Positions 1 through 7,110 of a DNA stretch of 13,734 nt are shown here, in pieces. A program made the translations under genes and the position numbers. This DNA is from Methanotrichaceae archaeon (GTDB lineage Archaea > Halobacteriota > Methanosarcinia > Methanotrichales > Methanotrichaceae): positions 1 to 13,734 of the forward strand of contig CAWEXU010000025.1 in assembly GCA_963813075.1 (NCBI GenBank). Direction: 5' to 3'. The notes beneath the pieces were generated by a model that was not told the DNA's origin, searched no databases, and worked only from the letters and a program-made list of their open reading frames with translations. The stretch's first letter is position 1. Each line of letters starts with the position of its first letter.

Positions 1-38
1 CCTTCTTGCCGTTCTTTCGTTGCCAAAACACCATCCAT
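1..38 (-). CDS. Probable 5' end of the next gene of the operon, running off the left edge; product unknown
   Basis: GGATGTGAT (57..49, minus strand) is the same RBS-like string found before the gene starting at 1891. An ATG at 38 opens MDGVLATKERQE..., open to the edge. An ATG at 34 in another frame (MVFWQRKNGKK) is an alternative start. Confidence 0.35.
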   Translation of the reverse strand, partial: MDGVLATKERQE

Positions 39-64
39 TGATATGTTAATCACATCCAAATTCC

Positions 65-361
65 TTAGAATGAATAAATCCGACTGCCTTCTGCCACCAT
101 CTCTTCCACCAGGAGCTGGTAGAAGTCTTCAGGCACCCTCACCCCTTCTCCTGCCTGCAATCCTCTCGCTTCCAGGTCCTCATTGCAGGCCATAACCTTT
201 CCAGGCCATTCTCTCATGAGGGCCTCATCCAGAAGATTGTAGACCCCATCTCCCGCCAGATAGAGAACGGGATCTTCACTGTGCTCCATCAGGCGCAGGC
301 ACAGCTCTGCCCGTTTACTCTGGGGCGGGTTGGTCAGAAGGAAGATATCTCTATTTGCCAT
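65..361 (-). CDS. dsrH: DsrH/TusB-like sulfur relay subunit, 98 aa
   Basis: Motifs LLTNPP, LYLAGDGVY, EDLEARGL and DFYQLLVE match the DsrH/TusB pattern. It has Cys21 and a GGTGA RBS, and is third in a dsrE-dsrF-dsrH-like order. Confidence 0.8.
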   Translation of the reverse strand: MANRDIFLLTNPPQSKRAELCLRLMEHSEDPVLYLAGDGVYNLLDEALMREWPGKVMACNEDLEARGLQAGEGVRVPEDFYQLLVEEMVAEGSRIYSF

Positions 362-371
362 AATTCACCCT

Positions 372-713
372 TCATAGTGCAATCAGATCGTCGGCAGCAA
401 GGGCCTGCTTCACGAAATCCTCCTCATCGAGAAGTTCCACCCTCTCCACCAGCCCACGGCTCAAGAGGCCCCTCTCCACCAGGGAGGGCTCGTGTGCCAG
501 GACCCGCAGCTCGGGAAAGGCATAGAGGATATCGGAAAGATTTGGCACATCAAGAAGGCTGGAGTTCTGACCGGCAAGGGCAAGATACACGCCATCCGCG
601 TACAGGCCCAGCGTTGCATCCATCTTGATGCTCACCGCTGCCGCATTGAGAACGCCATAAGCCTTTTCGCTTCCATAGGGCGCGCTGTCGAGAAGATAGA
701 AGATCGATCTCAC
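372..713 (-). CDS. dsrF: DsrF/TusC-like DsrE-family protein, 113 aa, GTG start
   Basis: Motifs LLDSAPYGSE, LYADGVYLALAGQ and SLVERGL; no Cys at the DsrE active position. The GTG at 713 overlaps the upstream TGA (GTGA coupling), so the ORF-track start at 842 is over-extended. Confidence 0.75.
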   Translation of the reverse strand: MRSIFYLLDSAPYGSEKAYGVLNAAAVSIKMDATLGLYADGVYLALAGQNSSLLDVPNLSDILYAFPELRVLAHEPSLVERGLLSRGLVERVELLDEEDFVKQALAADDLIAL

Positions 714-1072
714 AGCGCAATCACCCGGTCGCTCTTCTCCAGCATCTCTGCCAGGTCGTAGAGGCTGGTGATCTTTATCCCCTGCAAGTAATCCGGGCAG
801 CTTCCGTCCTCCTCTGCCAGATAGCCTCTGGCAGCAGCGCATCTGGCGCAGGCCCTGACCACAGCTCCTCTATCTGCCAGCTCCTGGAAGAGCCTTCCAG
901 TATTTTTAAATTGAGAGGGATTCTGGCCGCTCTTTGGTATATGGACTGCATCCAGATAGAGGAATATGTTCACTTGGAACACATTGAGCGCCCGGGAGGC
1001 GATCTTATAGGCCATATCTGCATACTGGGAGATATAAGGCCCGTCTGTGAGGATGATGGTCAAGGTCTTCAA
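710..1072 (-). CDS. dsrE: DsrE/TusD-like sulfur relay subunit, 120 aa, TTG start
   Basis: Motifs ILTDGPY, IFLYLDAV, ACARCAAARG (C75/C78, persulfide-carrying region) and SLYDLAEMLEKSDRVIAL. A GGTGA RBS lies upstream. Confidence 0.85.
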   Translation of the reverse strand: MKTLTIILTDGPYISQYADMAYKIASRALNVFQVNIFLYLDAVHIPKSGQNPSQFKNTGRLFQELADRGAVVRACARCAAARGYLAEEDGSCPDYLQGIKITSLYDLAEMLEKSDRVIAL

Positions 1073-1093
1073 CTGCTCACCTGCATGGCATCC

Positions 1094-1891
1094 TCAAAGG
1101 TACTCCAGCAGAGTCCTGATGTGCTCGAGATTGGTGGCATACCTGGGCTCGATTAGCGGCGTGCATTTATCGATCTCGGTCTCCCTGCCCACCAGCTTGA
1201 TGGCAAAGGCATAGCAGCTCTGCTCGCCGCAGATCTGGCAGTCGGTGCGGGGAAGGTACTGGTAGATCTCGGCATGGTCCACTTTGACCTTCTCCCGCGG
1301 AGCGGGAGTGACTCCCTTAATAATGGCCTCATTGATGGTCTTTTTCAGGTCCTCCAGAACCTCTCTGGCCTCTGCCTCGCTCTTGATCATGGTCATGGTC
1401 ACATTGCCCGTGGAATATATGGTGATCAGAATATTGCCCCTCTGAATGATCAGAGCGCCGATCCGATCGGAGTACCTGGCTCTGGGGAAGAGGGGCTCCA
1501 ATAGCTTGAGGGCTCCTTCCAGCGGTGGCTCGAAGCGGGCGATTATCCTGAACTTGCTGCTGTCGGCGATGCAGGGCAGGAGCTGACGCAGATCGACGAC
1601 CTGTAGAGGTCTGGTGCCAGCCAGGCTTTTTTTAGCTTCAGCCGGCTTCTCGGACTTGGTCTCCATGAAGTTCTTTCCGAAATCCGTGATGACGACCCTG
1701 TCCTCTCTCATGTCAGCCAGGCCTGCTTGCTTGAGCATTTGCAGGTGGTAGTCGAGCATGGTACCTCCCACTGCCTGCTCTATCTCTTCATTTGTCCTCT
1801 CTTTTTCCACCAGCATGGCCATGATCTTCCTCCTCGTAGCATTGGCCATGGCATTGCTCACGAGCTTAACATCAGCAGGCGATCCAGTCAT
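1094..1891 (-). CDS. Winged-HTH protein with a central alpha/beta domain and a C-terminal putative [4Fe-4S] domain (COG4871-like), 265 aa
   Basis: N-terminal ArsR-like wHTH (ANATRRKIM...LDYHLQMLKQAGL) and a PCIAD motif. The C-terminal LPRTDCQICGEQSC-x16-C is the CxxCx4Cx16C FeS domain also found in AcsC/RnfB N-termini. Confidence 0.8.
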   Translation of the reverse strand: MTGSPADVKLVSNAMANATRRKIMAMLVEKERTNEEIEQAVGGTMLDYHLQMLKQAGLADMREDRVVITDFGKNFMETKSEKPAEAKKSLAGTRPLQVVDLRQLLPCIADSSKFRIIARFEPPLEGALKLLEPLFPRARYSDRIGALIIQRGNILITIYSTGNVTMTMIKSEAEAREVLEDLKKTINEAIIKGVTPAPREKVKVDHAEIYQYLPRTDCQICGEQSCYAFAIKLVGRETEIDKCTPLIEPRYATNLEHIRTLLEYL

Positions 1892-1910
1892 TTTATATCA
1901 CATCCGGATT

Positions 1911-3008
1911 TCAAGTGCGTTCACAGAATATCTTCTCCGGGGCGGAAGGATAGTACCTGTCCTTCAGCTTTAAAGCCACATTCACCAGGGCGATCAGGAC
2001 CGGTACCTCGATCAAGGGCCCAATGACCGCAGCGAAAGCCTCCTGGGAGGCGATGCCAAAGACGCCCACGGCAACGGCGATGGCCAGCTCGAAGTTGTTG
2101 CTGGCCGCAGTAAATGAGAGGGCGGCAGTGTTCTCGTAGCTCACGCCCAGCTTGTAGGACATAAAGAAGCTGACCGAGAACATCAGCAGGAAGTAAATGG
2201 CCAAAGGTATGGCCACCCGCACCACATCCAGGGGGAGCTGCACGATATAGTCCCCCTTAAGGGAGAACATGACAACTATGGTGAAGAGCAGGGCGATGAG
2301 GGTTAGGGGCGATATCCTGGGCAGGAAATCCCTCTCATACCAGCTATTTCCCCGCGCCCGGATGAGGCTGAACCTGGTGATTATCCCTGCCAGGAAGGGT
2401 ATTCCCAGGTAGATGAATACGCTTTCAGCGATCTGGGATATGGTAACATCAACAGCTATGCCCGCCGCTATTCCCAAAGCTGCCGGCAGGACGGTGATGA
2501 AGATGTATGCATAGATGGAGTAGAAGAACACCTGAAAGATGGAGTTGAGTCCCACCAGGGCGGCGCAGTACTCGGTGCAGCCGCAGGCCAGCTCGTTCCA
2601 GACGATGACCATGGCGATGCAGCGGGCAAGTCCTATGAGGATTATGCCATACATGAGATGAGGCGAGTCCCGCAGGAAGATCACAGCCAGGGCGAACATC
2701 AGAATGGGGCCCACGATCCAGTTTTGAATCAAGGAGAGGCCCAGGACCTTTCGATCTGTAAAGACCTGTCCCAGCTCCTCGTACTTGACCTTGGCCAGAG
2801 GTGGATACATCATCAGTATCAGGCCGATGGCAATGGGAATTGAGGTCGTGCCGATCTGCAGGCTGAGGATGAACCGGGTTATGCCGGGAGCATAATAGCC
2901 AAGGGCGATTCCCATGATCATGGCCACGAATATCCAGATGGTAAGGTAGCGAGAGAGAAAATCCAGCCCCTTGCTCACCCCATTTGACCCACTTGATCCA
3001 CTTGACAT
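1911..3008 (-). CDS. acr3: ACR3-family arsenite efflux transporter, 365 aa
   Basis: Motifs [53 protein letters not shown] and [11 protein letters not shown]; about 10 hydrophobic segments. Confidence 0.97.
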   Translation of the reverse strand: MSSGSSGSNGVSKGLDFLSRYLTIWIFVAMIMGIALGYYAPGITRFILSLQIGTTSIPIAIGLILMMYPPLAKVKYEELGQVFTDRKVLGLSLIQNWIVGPILMFALAVIFLRDSPHLMYGIILIGLARCIAMVIVWNELACGCTEYCAALVGLNSIFQVFFYSIYAYIFITVLPAALGIAAGIAVDVTISQIAESVFIYLGIPFLAGIITRFSLIRARGNSWYERDFLPRISPLTLIALLFTIVVMFSLKGDYIVQLPLDVVRVAIPLAIYFLLMFSVSFFMSYKLGVSYENTAALSFTAASNNFELAIAVAVGVFGIASQEAFAAVIGPLIEVPVLIALVNVALKLKDRYYPSAPEKIFCERT

Positions 3009-3035
3009 ATCGCTCCATCATCCCAAAAAATGCAA

Positions 3036-4037
3036 TTATGTCTTGCCGAGCTTTACGTACTTAGAATCAGTATCATCTCCCTTACCCTCATGCGCCTGCC
3101 AATCCCCCCAGGAGTAGACGGCAGCCTCATAGCCCATGAGCTGCAGAGAATAAGCCACCAGAGCAGATTGGCTGTAGTCATCGGAATAGACCACAATCGG
3201 CATATCCTTATCCAGCCGGCTGAAGACGGTTCCTAGATCGCCACCATTCTTGATTTTATCCCCTTTGATCACATTGGCCGGGTCCAGGGCTGTGGAGGCT
3301 GGTATGCGGCCTTTTCCAAAGTCCACAAAAGGCCGGACGTCCACGATCCGAGCCTGGCCGGACTTAACATAATCGTATTCTGCTATCACGCCAGGCCTTG
3401 CGGTGGGAATATATTCAGCAGCAGGAATTATAGTCTCCTGGGCCTCAACCGGCAGGCCTGCAGCCTTCCAGTCATCCAGGCTTCCGTCCAATAGCATCAC
3501 ATCCTCCTGCCCCAGATGTCTCAGGACCAGGAATGCTAACTGCGCCTCGCCGGAGCTTTCAGCACTTCCATATACAACTACGGAGTCCTCTTTAGAGAGG
3601 CCTGCCTCACCCAGGAGCCTGGAAAGCTCTTCATCGCCCTTGAGATTGCCATTGCTGTCCAGAAAGTCCTTGCTGGGGATGTGAATGGCGTTCTTGATAT
3701 GAGATGCAGCATAGCCATCTCCGTTGGATGCATCTATTATCACATCAGAGCTGGAGACGCTCTTCATGGGCTTCATGATACTGCCATTGGGGTATGATGC
3801 CAGCCTATCGGGCGGATCTTGAGGGCTGCTGGAGCTTCTTGCTTTGCTTTCTTGCGATCCTTCTGCCTGGGCGGACTGGATGGGCTGACTGGGCAGGCCT
3901 GCGCCGGGATCGGAGTTCAGAAATCCGCTAGGGTCCCAGGTGCCTCCACTGCAGCATCCGCCAGCATTGGCCAGGGGAGCTAGAGTTAACAAAGAAATCA
4001 TGAGAATTGCAGGAATAATAAAATCATTTTTTGTCAT
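3036..4037 (-). CDS. Exported tandem-rhodanese-fold protein lacking catalytic Cys, 333 aa
   Basis: Signal-peptide-like N-terminus (MTKNDFIIPAILMISLLTLAPLANA) followed by GGCCS and a Ser/Pro/Gln-rich linker. Rhodanese motifs IIDAS...HIKNAIHI, VVVYG, LDGSLDDW and IVDVR...GRIPAS. The ATG at 4037 has a GAGG RBS and is preferred over the ORF-track start at 4067. Confidence 0.8.
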   Translation of the reverse strand: MTKNDFIIPAILMISLLTLAPLANAGGCCSGGTWDPSGFLNSDPGAGLPSQPIQSAQAEGSQESKARSSSSPQDPPDRLASYPNGSIMKPMKSVSSSDVIIDASNGDGYAASHIKNAIHIPSKDFLDSNGNLKGDEELSRLLGEAGLSKEDSVVVYGSAESSGEAQLAFLVLRHLGQEDVMLLDGSLDDWKAAGLPVEAQETIIPAAEYIPTARPGVIAEYDYVKSGQARIVDVRPFVDFGKGRIPASTALDPANVIKGDKIKNGGDLGTVFSRLDKDMPIVVYSDDYSQSALVAYSLQLMGYEAAVYSWGDWQAHEGKGDDTDSKYVKLGKT

Positions 4038-4443
4038 TGGAGTTGCCTCTTTGGTCTTTTGATTCAATCAATATGTTCACTAGATTAAGCATCTCAATCA
4101 CTGCTCCTTCTGAGAGCCTGTATCTGGACCATCTTCCGTCTTTGCGCTCTTTGATCAGACCGGCATTCTTGAGGATGGTGAGATGATGAGAAGTGCTGGA
4201 TTGGGGTCGGTCCACGCTGATCATGATCTCGCAGGCGCATAGCTCCCCCTCCCGCAGAAGAGAGAGTATCTTGAGGCGGCAGGGATCGGCCATTGCCTGG
4301 AAGATCTCAGATTCCGTTTTGAGCTCCTCTTCATCCAGGTCCATGGTCAGAGTGCGCAACCTGTTCACTTTGCATTCTGCCTTATCGCGATCGCCGATGA
4401 GCCTGGTCATCCTGTCGACGGCCTCTTTGGATATGCAGGACAT
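4024..4443 (-). CDS. arsR: ArsR/SmtB-family repressor, copy 1, 139 aa
   Basis: Motifs ADPCRLKIL, GELCACEI (CxC As(III) site), SHHLTILKNAGLI and RKDGRWSRYRL. AGGAG RBS. Confidence 0.93.
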   Translation of the reverse strand: MSCISKEAVDRMTRLIGDRDKAECKVNRLRTLTMDLDEEELKTESEIFQAMADPCRLKILSLLREGELCACEIMISVDRPQSSTSHHLTILKNAGLIKERKDGRWSRYRLSEGAVIEMLNLVNILIESKDQRGNSNDKK

Positions 4444-4458
4444 GAGTCTCCTATCGCC

Positions 4459-4602
4459 TCAGCAGCATGAGCAGCTTTTTTGAGCACATAGATTGTCTCT
4501 CTCTTTCTGCAGGCAATCGCTGCAGATCCTGATTTTTCCCTTTTCTTTATGTGTAACCAGGAAAAAGGATTTTCCGCTTCTATTGCATATTTCGCATTCC
4601 AT
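4459..4602 (-). CDS. Small Cys-rich protein, 47 aa with 8 Cys: CxxC...CxxC zinc-finger-like core plus a C-terminal CSCC tail
   Basis: Sequence MECEICNRSGKSFFLVTHKEKGKIRICSDCLQKERDNLCAQKSCSCC. It has a GAGGT RBS, lies directly downstream of the TATA/operator, and ends 15 nt before arsR. Confidence 0.75.
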   Translation of the reverse strand: MECEICNRSGKSFFLVTHKEKGKIRICSDCLQKERDNLCAQKSCSCC

Positions 4603-4630
4603 CGTGACCTCAAATAAGCAATACAACACC

Positions 4631-4662
4631 ATATCCAGCAATCTCGATATATAAGAGTTTCC
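4631..4662 (-). promoter_or_regulatory. Archaeal promoter (BRE + TATA) with overlapping palindromic ArsR-type operator, driving the acr3/dsrEFH operon
   Basis: The minus strand reads GGAAACTC-TTATATA-TCGAGATTGCTGGATAT. The plus-strand core is ATCCA-gcaatc-TCGAT (4633-4648), flanked to give ATATC-N10-GATAT. Confidence 0.75.
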
Positions 4663-4849
4663 AGTCAGGCGGTGAAGGGCAGGTACGACATCTGACGATA
4701 ATTATATATATTTAAATTGATATATGTATTCCTGCTGTCTGCAAATCTTATTTGACAACCATTGATTCATAATTCATTTTAAATATAATACAATGCATGA
4801 TCTTAAAGCAAATGTTTTCCTCAGGTATGTCTATATAGATCGAATTGAC

Positions 4850-4920
4850 GAAAGTCTTATATCCAATAATGTCGATGTGCTGAGATTAGCTCCTCATACC
4901 AACAGCAAGATGTCGATGTG
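4850..4920 (+). promoter_or_regulatory. Promoter with ArsR-type operator ahead of the thioredoxin-ccdA operon, plus an 11-bp direct repeat
   Basis: GAAAGTC-TTATAT (4850-4862) overlaps ATCCA-ataatg-TCGAT (4861-4876). ATGTCGATGTG occurs at 4869-4879 and again at 4910-4920. Confidence 0.6.
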
Positions 4921-4966
4921 ATAGTTGGATCGGCATGAGAATGAGTGGGGAATAGGAGAGTGTATC

Positions 4967-5512
4967 ATGGATATTGTATCGAGAAAATATGGCATTGCCT
5001 CATTAATTGCATTAATCCTTATCGCTTTAGGCTTCAATGCCACGGGAGCTGAATATTCAGTGGGATCGGAAAGCGATGACTGGTGGACAGAATATCCCGA
5101 TCAGTCCACTGGTGCAGGCGGCGATGTCAGCCATCCTGATTGGGTATTGGACGCTCTGGAGAACAAGCCTGTGCTGATCTATGTGCATAAAGAATGTGAT
5201 TATTGTGTACCACAGACCGAGGCCGTGCAGAAGATAATCGACGAATTCGACGGGAAGATCACGATCTTCGAGATGGGGGCCGATGGCAGTGATGCCAGGT
5301 CTGGTGAAGCCCTGCAGGCCTATGATCCCAATGGCGGCCTCGACATGTTCGTTCCTCTGACTGTCATATTGACCCTGGCTCCCGATTCTGAGGGCGAGGT
5401 CGTGGCAGTCTGGCACAGCTCGGATGAAATAACGGGCGAAGAGTGGATCAGGAATTATGTGGAGGACGCTATAAGCCAATATGATGAGAACTCCGCAGAC
5501 TGGGATAATTAA
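4967..5512 (+). CDS. Exported, acidic thioredoxin-fold protein, 181 aa
   Basis: Signal-peptide-like N-terminus, KPVLIYVHKECDYC (CxxC) and a cis-Pro-like FVPLTVIL. The ATG at 4967 has an AGGAG RBS and is preferred over the TTG at 4925. Confidence 0.8.
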   Translation: MDIVSRKYGIASLIALILIALGFNATGAEYSVGSESDDWWTEYPDQSTGAGGDVSHPDWVLDALENKPVLIYVHKECDYCVPQTEAVQKIIDEFDGKITIFEMGADGSDARSGEALQAYDPNGGLDMFVPLTVILTLAPDSEGEVVAVWHSSDEITGEEWIRNYVEDAISQYDENSADWDN

Positions 5513-5542
5513 TGACGGATCTCAGATAAAGGGATCGTTGCC

Positions 5543-6964
5543 ATGTCCACGAAATGTAAGAAATCCCTGATATCGGGACCCGTCACACTTTTTGCTGTTA
5601 TAATTTCCATTATCTTTTCCATCTTCTTCATATGCTCATCACCTGCTCTATCCCAGGTAGCTATGGCCCCTGATTTTCAGGCAGTAGATCTTGATGGGAA
5701 AAATGTCTCCCTCTCCGACTATCGGGGTGAGGTAGTCCTGCTCCATATCACCAACATAGAAAATCCCCTCTGTAGGGAGTGCGAGAATGCTCTTGATGCC
5801 CAGACCAACCAGCTCTCTCAGCTTGCCGAAAAGGATGCCGGCGTGAACATCATAACCCTCAATGTGCGGAAGAATTCCTTCTCATTGGATGGGCGAGCAC
5901 TGGCTGAGGGATGGTGGAAGGCCAATATCACCTGGCCCTGGATTGAGGACTTTGACCCATTTCCGCTCACCGGCAAGTACATCGACTACTCAACTCTGGA
6001 GGGGGGCTTTGCTAATCCTACTCTGATTTTTATCGATAAAGAGGGGAATGTGGCAGATCTCTACCACGTCTATCAACTGGGCAAGGGGGAGATAGACGGC
6101 ATCCAGAGTGCTGAGTCGTTGAAAAGCAGTCTTGAGAGAATAGAGGCAGGCGAGGCCTCCGGATTCGAGGGAATCGCCTCCAGCCAGGGCATAAACTATC
6201 TGGGCATGTTCGCCCTGGGAATTGTCACCTCCCTCTCCCCCTGCTCCATAGCGCTTCTCCTGGCCATGTTCTCCTATGTTATGACCGCCCGCAGGAAGGA
6301 CGAGTATCTGAGAAAGACAGCCTCGGCATCAAAAGAGGGCTTTATGATCGGCATAGCCTTCACTCTGGGCATGGCGGCGGTATTTTTCATCGTGGGTTTT
6401 TTCCTCTCGGATATCGGCGTTTTCATCCGCCAGGCCCGCTTCTTTGACCTGGCTGCGGGTCTTTTGATGATCATCCTGGGGATAAACATCATCAAGCCCA
6501 TTGGGGAGATCATCGAGCCGGTGCGCTCACGCCTTTCTTTTGGCAGAGGCAATTCCGATGCGATTGATGAGGAGACGATAGCGGAGAAGAAGGGGATCAT
6601 GGAGAGACTGGTTTCAGTCTCTATGAACCTCTTCCGGTACTCGGCATTCATCGGTGCCTTCACTCTGGGGGTCTTCTTTGCCCTGGGATGGGCCCCATGT
6701 GCCGTGTCCCTGGTCTTTCCGGTGCTCATCTGGCTTATATCCCAGGACGTGACGCCTTTGGGCGGAGCCCTGATGCTCTTTGTCTTCGGGGTGGGCCATG
6801 GAGTGCCGGTGATTCCCATCGCCACCTTCTCCAGAGCTGTGGGCGGGCAGATCGGTGAGAAGTACATCGCTGCTGGAAAGCATGTCACAAAGATATTCGG
6901 TCTGGCGGTAATCGTCATCGGATTGATCTATGCGGTGAGGTATCTGGGGTTCAAGATGTGGTAA
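5543..6964 (+). CDS. ccdA: Fusion of a redoxin (TlpA/ResA-like) domain and a CcdA/DsbD-beta membrane thiol-disulfide transporter, 473 aa
   Basis: N-terminal signal/anchor, then APDFQAVDLDGKNVSLSDYRGEVVLL, CREC and PTLIFIDKEG. The multi-TM C-terminal domain carries the two Pro-Cys motifs (LSPCS, WAPCA). Confidence 0.88.
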   Translation: MSTKCKKSLISGPVTLFAVIISIIFSIFFICSSPALSQVAMAPDFQAVDLDGKNVSLSDYRGEVVLLHITNIENPLCRECENALDAQTNQLSQLAEKDAGVNIITLNVRKNSFSLDGRALAEGWWKANITWPWIEDFDPFPLTGKYIDYSTLEGGFANPTLIFIDKEGNVADLYHVYQLGKGEIDGIQSAESLKSSLERIEAGEASGFEGIASSQGINYLGMFALGIVTSLSPCSIALLLAMFSYVMTARRKDEYLRKTASASKEGFMIGIAFTLGMAAVFFIVGFFLSDIGVFIRQARFFDLAAGLLMIILGINIIKPIGEIIEPVRSRLSFGRGNSDAIDEETIAEKKGIMERLVSVSMNLFRYSAFIGAFTLGVFFALGWAPCAVSLVFPVLIWLISQDVTPLGGALMLFVFGVGHGVPVIPIATFSRAVGGQIGEKYIAAGKHVTKIFGLAVIVIGLIYAVRYLGFKMW

Positions 6965-7021
6965 TGCGAAAAGAGTATGCCCCGCGGTGAGGAGGCCACC
7001 TCCCGCTGGGCTTTTGCATTA
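6962..7021. terminator. Long imperfect GC-rich hairpin between convergent genes; possible terminator or RNA-stability element
   Basis: Nested pairings TAATGC/GCATTA, AAAA/TTTT, GCCC/GGGC, GCGG/CCGC and GAGG/CCTC, starting at the ccdA stop codon. Confidence 0.5.
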
Positions 7022-7110
7022 TCGAAAAGCGGTTTATTCAGGATGGACAGCAGAAACGGAATTTGTGATCTGCCCAAGAGGATAGACAGCGGATCTTCCA
7101 TCGATCACCG

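Noticed and set aside
714..842. N-terminal extension of ORF 372..842 (MRCCQRLSG...), which contains a CC
   Set aside because: It overlaps dsrE in another frame, and family similarity starts at the GTG at 713 coupled to the dsrE stop.
281..3684. Plus-strand and alternative-frame ORFs over the left operon (for example 281..628, 1727..2026, 2449..3021, 3403..3684)
   Set aside because: These are shadows of well-supported genes and have no recognisable motifs.
4407..4613. 68-aa alternative-frame ORF over the Cys-rich small gene
   Set aside because: It overlaps arsR and has no motif. The 4459..4602 frame has the RBS and the ordered Cys pattern.
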